Source: Coleofasciculus sp. B1-GNL1-01 (GTDB lineage: Bacteria > Cyanobacteriota > Cyanobacteriia > Cyanobacteriales > Coleofasciculaceae). From it: DNA of 22,432 nt. The translations under genes and the position numbers were made by a program. The number at the start of each line of letters is the position of its first letter. The stretch's first letter is position 1. The stretch is from NCBI GenBank assembly GCA_040220235.1, contig JAVJTO010000165.1; one strand, written 5' to 3'. This document shows positions 18,223 to 22,432 of this stretch, piece by piece. The notes under the pieces are model-generated. The model was not told where the DNA came from. It searched no databases and saw only the letters and a program-made list of their open reading frames with translations.

Positions 18223-18999
18223 AATGCTCTGACTATGATGAGCTAATAGTGGGAAACGCTTTTCAAGTAAATTCAATACTTGACAAATTTCGGATGCATC
18301 AGAAGTAATTGTTAATGGTATTTTGCGATCTATCAAATCACCTAATATATTGAGCATAACGGTAGCTAAATCTTCATCCGCATTTTCAAAAAAAGTCAAT
18401 AGCGATTTCATGGCTTCCGTGTCACCAAGCCTGTATTTAGCTGCTAATAGTTCAGCTTTAACTTCTAGGGAATCTTCTGATTCAATGTAAGTTTGAAGCT
18501 GTGGTAATAGATCGGGTTTACCTACAAGTCCGAGGGAGTTAGCCGTATATGACCGAACTGCTTCATCAGGATCTTGCATTGCTGATTTTAAAGTATCTAG
18601 AGCATCAGGATCTCCTAGATCTCCAAGCGTTTCTGCTGCTGACGCCCGAACCAGGGGAGCCGAATCGTTAAGTAACAAGGACTCGATTGAATCTCTTGCT
18701 GGTTTATAAGCAAGTATTCCCAAGGAATCTGTTGCCCCCGATCTAACCAGCTCTTTTGGATCGACTAGTAAGTTTATAAGTGCACAGCCAACAGATTCAA
18801 TTTCGTTTTCTCCCAAATCACCAAGAGCTTCTGCTGCACAGAAGCGAATTCCCTCATCAGAAGAATGCAGTAATTCTAATATCACGGGGACAGCCGAATC
18901 AGCTTTCATTTTGACTAATTCCTGAAGTGCAAAAGCTTGCTCTTTAGGTTCGCCAGAAGCACACTTTTCTATTAACTTATTAATCCTAGTATCTTGCAT
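18178..18999 (-). CDS. HEAT-repeat protein, candidate immunity protein 2
   Basis: Tandem HEAT motifs (IRFCAAEALGDLG, VRSGATDSLG, VRASAAETLGDLG, VRSYTANSLG); starts 18 nt after the toxin 2 stop with an AAGGAG RBS. Confidence 0.85.
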   Translation of the reverse strand: MQDTRINKLIEKCASGEPKEQAFALQELVKMKADSAVPVILELLHSSDEGIRFCAAEALGDLGENEIESVGCALINLLVDPKELVRSGATDSLGILAYKPARDSIESLLLNDSAPLVRASAAETLGDLGDPDALDTLKSAMQDPDEAVRSYTANSLGLVGKPDLLPQLQTYIESEDSLEVKAELLAAKYRLGDTEAMKSLLTFFENADEDLATVMLNILGDLIDRKIPLTITSDASEICQVLNLLEKRFPLLAHHSQSIIAKLAVLKSQSNQV

Positions 19000-19017
19000 G
19001 AAAATAACTCCTTAACT

Positions 19018-20109
19018 CTAACTATCGCGACTATGGCGACTGTGCCTACATCTTTTTGCTTTTTGGGTTGCTTTGATTCTGTTGATTTTGTTGGTATCTC
19101 CAGCAGCTTTAGCTGCCGCCATCAAGATAGCCAGTGCTTCACAAATATCTCCAGCTCTACCGCTACTTATGAGTTCGTTAGCTTCTGCCAATATGCCTGT
19201 ATCCGCTTGATTTCCCCGAGCAGCCATTGGGAAAATATGTTCTCGAATATAATCTTCAATTTCCCTTAGCCCCTCTCTAGCCGTATCACCCGCTCTATTA
19301 AGTATATTTTCAAGGTCTTCCAGAGTACCATCAATACCTCTAGTAATAACATTACTAATCCTGCCAATTTCTTCCCAACCGCCGTTGTTCAAGTACCAAA
19401 CAACAATCCCAAATCCAACAATTGTCAAACCCACAGGACCAAAAACAACAGCAGGTGCAGCCACAGCAACTCGTTGGATTACCTCAGTTTTCATCCGTGC
19501 TATTGGCTTTGAAGCAGTGGTCTGCTGCACTACATGAGTCAACTCATGCGCCAACAACTCTTGCCCATCCCGACTCCCTGGATTATATTCTCCCTGTTTA
19601 AAAAAGATATCCGGACCCGTCGTAAACGCCCGGGCATTTAAGGAGCGATTAAGCTGATCAGCATTGCTATTGTTATGCACCCTCACGCCACTAAAATCAG
19701 CCCCAAACGCCTGTTCCATTGGCTCTCTAACGTCCTCGGAAAGCCCCTGTCCGCTACCTTTGGCTTGTTGAATACTTTGCTCAACAGAAGCATCAACCGC
19801 ACCTCCACCAACTCCGCCATCACGCATCACTGTTGGCTGAGCTACTGGTTCTACTTTTCCTTGTACGGATTGCTGGGACGTGGGAGAATTAATCTGTTCG
19901 ACGACTTTTGCCGCTACTGTGTCGGCTTCCTGTTCGTACTTATCTCCTGGTTGCCCGACTGTTAACTTTCTCTGGAGTGGACTCAGGGTGTGTGGAGTCA
20001 GGGTAGGCATTCTCTGTCTGACGACATCAGCAACTGAAATCCTTGATTCTGACTGAGGCTGTACTGTTGGCGTTTCTGTATCCGCGATCGCACTAACCAA
20101 AACAGCCAT
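19018..20109 (-). CDS. DUF4157 protein 2, N-terminally truncated orphan cassette, with a TM segment and Ntox34-like C-terminus
   Basis: DUF4157 (AFGADFSGVRVH...LLAHELTHVVQQ), hydrophobic VAVAAPAVVFGPVGLTIVGFGIVVWYL, C-terminal GNQAD...C...KATQKAKRCRHS. Confidence 0.8.
   Translation of the reverse strand: MAVLVSAIADTETPTVQPQSESRISVADVVRQRMPTLTPHTLSPLQRKLTVGQPGDKYEQEADTVAAKVVEQINSPTSQQSVQGKVEPVAQPTVMRDGGVGGGAVDASVEQSIQQAKGSGQGLSEDVREPMEQAFGADFSGVRVHNNSNADQLNRSLNARAFTTGPDIFFKQGEYNPGSRDGQELLAHELTHVVQQTTASKPIARMKTEVIQRVAVAAPAVVFGPVGLTIVGFGIVVWYLNNGGWEEIGRISNVITRGIDGTLEDLENILNRAGDTAREGLREIEDYIREHIFPMAARGNQADTGILAEANELISSGRAGDICEALAILMAAAKAAGDTNKINRIKATQKAKRCRHSRHSRDS
19522..20079. repeat. 558-bp near-identical duplicate of 21655-22212 (offset 2133), covering the DUF4157 core
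   Basis: Direct nucleotide comparison; similarity stops at the HVVQQ codons. Confidence 0.93.
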
Positions 20110-20157
20110 CGCCTACACGTTATTAGATTGTCATTTTAACACAGCTAATTTTGCTAT
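20080..20157. repeat. Direct repeat B: decayed remnant of the HEAT-gene 3' end plus HIP1
   Basis: Minus strand reads IAKLAVLK*QSNNV* versus IAKLAVLKSQSNQV* in the intact gene. Confidence 0.88.
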
Positions 20158-20257
20158 CTACTGTCTCGTTAAATGGGGCTTTCCAGGACAAATTCCCAAG
20201 CGCGATCGCACGGCTTCCCCTTCACCTTATACCTTTTCTCCGATTTGACGTTTTAAT

Positions 20258-20698
20258 TTACCGTCTCCATCGCCTTACCAACTTTATAGGAGACGTCGCT
20301 TCTAGGCAAACCTCACCTGCCTGCAACTGTAATACGACCCCCACAGACTCTCCAAAGGCAGGTTGATCTGTTATTTTGGGAAAAGTCATATAAAATTCCA
20401 AAGAATCATTGGCGCTAACTTGGAAAGACTGGGGGTCTAAACTGACTTGTTCCTCTCGATCCCAGACAGTAACTGGCTGTACTAACTGACGCTCATCTCC
20501 TACCTTTAACCAAAGATGTTTCACAGAAGCTGAAAGGGGAGAATCGTCGGGGTTATTCAGTTCAAAGTGACCATGACCTATAGCTAGGTTTGACTCATAA
20601 GTGATGGTAACCGTTTGTCCAGTGAGAGTAGGAGACATAGGAGGATTCGGGTTAACGACATTGAGAAAGTAGCTGAGAAAGTGGATTAACATGTCCAT
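20258..20698 (-). CDS. Hypothetical beta-rich protein, candidate immunity/accessory protein 1
   Basis: 146 aa; start overlaps the end of the lead DUF4157 gene (translational coupling); alternating hydrophobic beta-strand pattern. Confidence 0.6.
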   Translation of the reverse strand: MDMLIHFLSYFLNVVNPNPPMSPTLTGQTVTITYESNLAIGHGHFELNNPDDSPLSASVKHLWLKVGDERQLVQPVTVWDREEQVSLDPQSFQVSANDSLEFYMTFPKITDQPAFGESVGVVLQLQAGEVCLEATSPIKLVRRWRR

Positions 20699-22428
20699 TT
20701 AGAAGTATCATGTGTCACTTCGTTAACTGTCCGGATTGGACCAGGAACCTTTTCGCCAATCTTTGCAGGTCGAACATAAACACTACCATCTGGGCGAAGA
20801 ACCTCCACATCAGGACCAGAACCTAATCGTCCGATGATTTCCTCTCCTCCTCCTGCAACTGAAGGGTACTCAGCCGCTACAAATTCGTCTACCTTAGCTT
20901 GATCAGCATACTCCCGCCCTTGAGCATCACTGGAGCGAAGTTCAGGAAACCCAGAGAGACCCATTCCGATAGAAAATTCCTCCCCAATTCGATAAGCATA
21001 GCCTTCTACCTCTTGAGTAGTAGAGTGGGTACTAGGTTGCTTAGCATGGAGTACCTCGTGGTAAAGAGTTTCCGCAACTGCCTCGCAGGTTTCATCATTG
21101 AGAAGACCAATTTCCCTGTCAGATGTGCTTTGGTATCCTCCACCAGGAAATGGATCTACAACCCAAGATTTACCATCCCACTTCTCGTCATCCCAGAAGA
21201 TACTATCAAAGGATTTGACAGTATAGGAACTCAGTACATCAACCGTGTGAGGACTCCAAGGACAGAGAATATCCTTTACGCAAGACCAATTCCACGTAGC
21301 TCTTAATTTAGCCTTAGCCGGAAGAGTCACAGGTGGGAAACGAGCATCAAGAGCAGCCATTGTTTTCGGACCAACCAGTCCATCGGGTACAAGACCTTTG
21401 CCTTTTTGAAATTGACGAACTGCGGCATCAGTTTCTGCGCCAAATTCCCCGTCTGCTCCAAATTTTGGCAGGGGGATGCCGATGTCGTATAAAGCTTGCT
21501 GGATAGCTTGCACACCTCGACCAGAGGAGCCTTTCTTAATCAGGGTTTCGTCATCGTATGCTTCCTCCAAATCCAGCAATTTGGAGAAACGAGGAGAGGT
21601 TAAGTCATGTCCATCCCCTAGAGTTCTTTGCAAAGTTTGTTTTTGACCAACTCCCTGCTGAACTACATGAGTTAATTCATGTGCCAATAACTCTTGCCCA
21701 TCCCGACTTCCTGGATTATATTCTCCCTGCTTAAAAAAGATATCCGGACCTGTCGTAAACGCCCGGGCATTTAAGGAGCGATTAAGCTGATCAGCATTGC
21801 TATTGTTATGCACCCTCACGCCACTAAAATCAGCCCCAAACGCCTGTTCCATTGGCTCTCTAACGTCCTCGGAAAGCCCCTGTCCGCCACCTTTGGCTTG
21901 CTGAATACTTTGCTCAACGGAAGCATCAACCGTACCTCCACCAACACCACCATCACGCCTCACTGTTGGCTCAACGACAGGCTCTACTTTTCCTTGTACG
22001 GATTGCTGGGACGTGGGAGAATTAATCTGTTCGACGACTTTTGCCGCTACTGTGTCGGCTTCCTGTTCGTACTTATCTCCTGGCTGCCCGACTGTTAACT
22101 TTCTCTGGAGTAGAGTCAGGGTGTGTGGAGTCAGGGTGGACATTCTCTGTCCGACGACATCAGCAACTGAAATCCTTGATTCTGACTGAGGCTGCACTGT
22201 TGGCGTTTCTGTCTCCTGAGACCCCTTGGCTTCCAGACTTCGCATCACATTCGCGGCTAGTCTATCCGCCGACTCTCTGGAATACTCCCCTATTTCCGGC
22301 GACTGAGACGATTTTTGATTTGGCTTGGGTTGAATCGAAAAATGCCCTAATTTAGACGGACTCTTGCTCTTTTTCTGTGCCGTTGTTGGAGTCCAGGAGG
22401 AATTTTTCTTTTGTAGGGGTTTATACAT
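20686..22428 (-). CDS. Full-length DUF4157 (eCIS-core) protein with peptidoglycan-binding domain and C-terminal HExxH metallopeptidase-like domain
   Basis: Disordered N-terminus, LTVGQPGDKYEQEAD, DUF4157 HELTHVVQQ; PG-binding LIKKGSSGRGVQAIQQAL...DGEFGAETDAAVRQFQ...DGLVGPKT; ETLYHEVLHAKQ...EVEGYAY. Confidence 0.88.
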   Translation of the reverse strand: MYKPLQKKNSSWTPTTAQKKSKSPSKLGHFSIQPKPNQKSSQSPEIGEYSRESADRLAANVMRSLEAKGSQETETPTVQPQSESRISVADVVGQRMSTLTPHTLTLLQRKLTVGQPGDKYEQEADTVAAKVVEQINSPTSQQSVQGKVEPVVEPTVRRDGGVGGGTVDASVEQSIQQAKGGGQGLSEDVREPMEQAFGADFSGVRVHNNSNADQLNRSLNARAFTTGPDIFFKQGEYNPGSRDGQELLAHELTHVVQQGVGQKQTLQRTLGDGHDLTSPRFSKLLDLEEAYDDETLIKKGSSGRGVQAIQQALYDIGIPLPKFGADGEFGAETDAAVRQFQKGKGLVPDGLVGPKTMAALDARFPPVTLPAKAKLRATWNWSCVKDILCPWSPHTVDVLSSYTVKSFDSIFWDDEKWDGKSWVVDPFPGGGYQSTSDREIGLLNDETCEAVAETLYHEVLHAKQPSTHSTTQEVEGYAYRIGEEFSIGMGLSGFPELRSSDAQGREYADQAKVDEFVAAEYPSVAGGGEEIIGRLGSGPDVEVLRPDGSVYVRPAKIGEKVPGPIRTVNEVTHDTSKWTC

Positions 22429-22432
22429 GATG

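Noticed and set aside
19675..22098. Twin 96-aa plus-strand ORFs at 19675-19965 and 21808-22098
   Set aside because: Antisense shadows of the duplicated DUF4157 segment; similarity is explained by the DNA duplication

Overview
Cyanobacterial chromosomal window; I count 14 exact HIP1 octamers (GCGATCGC) plus GTAG-type REP palindromes and STRR-like repeats typical of filamentous Oscillatoriales. The left half is a minus-strand exopolysaccharide/protein-sorting cluster: DegT-type aminotransferase, cyanoexosortase B and its partner, Wza-like exporter and Wzc-like co-polymerase. A non-autonomous IS200/IS605 IscB-omegaRNA element (about 3897-5549) appears to have inserted 4 nt into the wza reading frame. 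The middle holds DUF1517, an Rpn nuclease, an SGNH-like lipoprotein, an InrS/CsoR repressor, an HtrA protease and two small MITEs. The right ~7 kb is the most interesting part: a stacked array of three DUF4157 (eCIS-core) proteins, each with a different C-terminal domain (peptidoglycan-binding + HExxH peptidase; Ntox34-like; an unassigned Cys-bracketed helical domain) and each followed by a distinct candidate immunity gene. The cassettes are separated by duplicated scars (the htrA 3' end; a HEAT-gene 3' end with HIP1) that record how the array was built. All family calls come from motif recognition by eye, not database searches.
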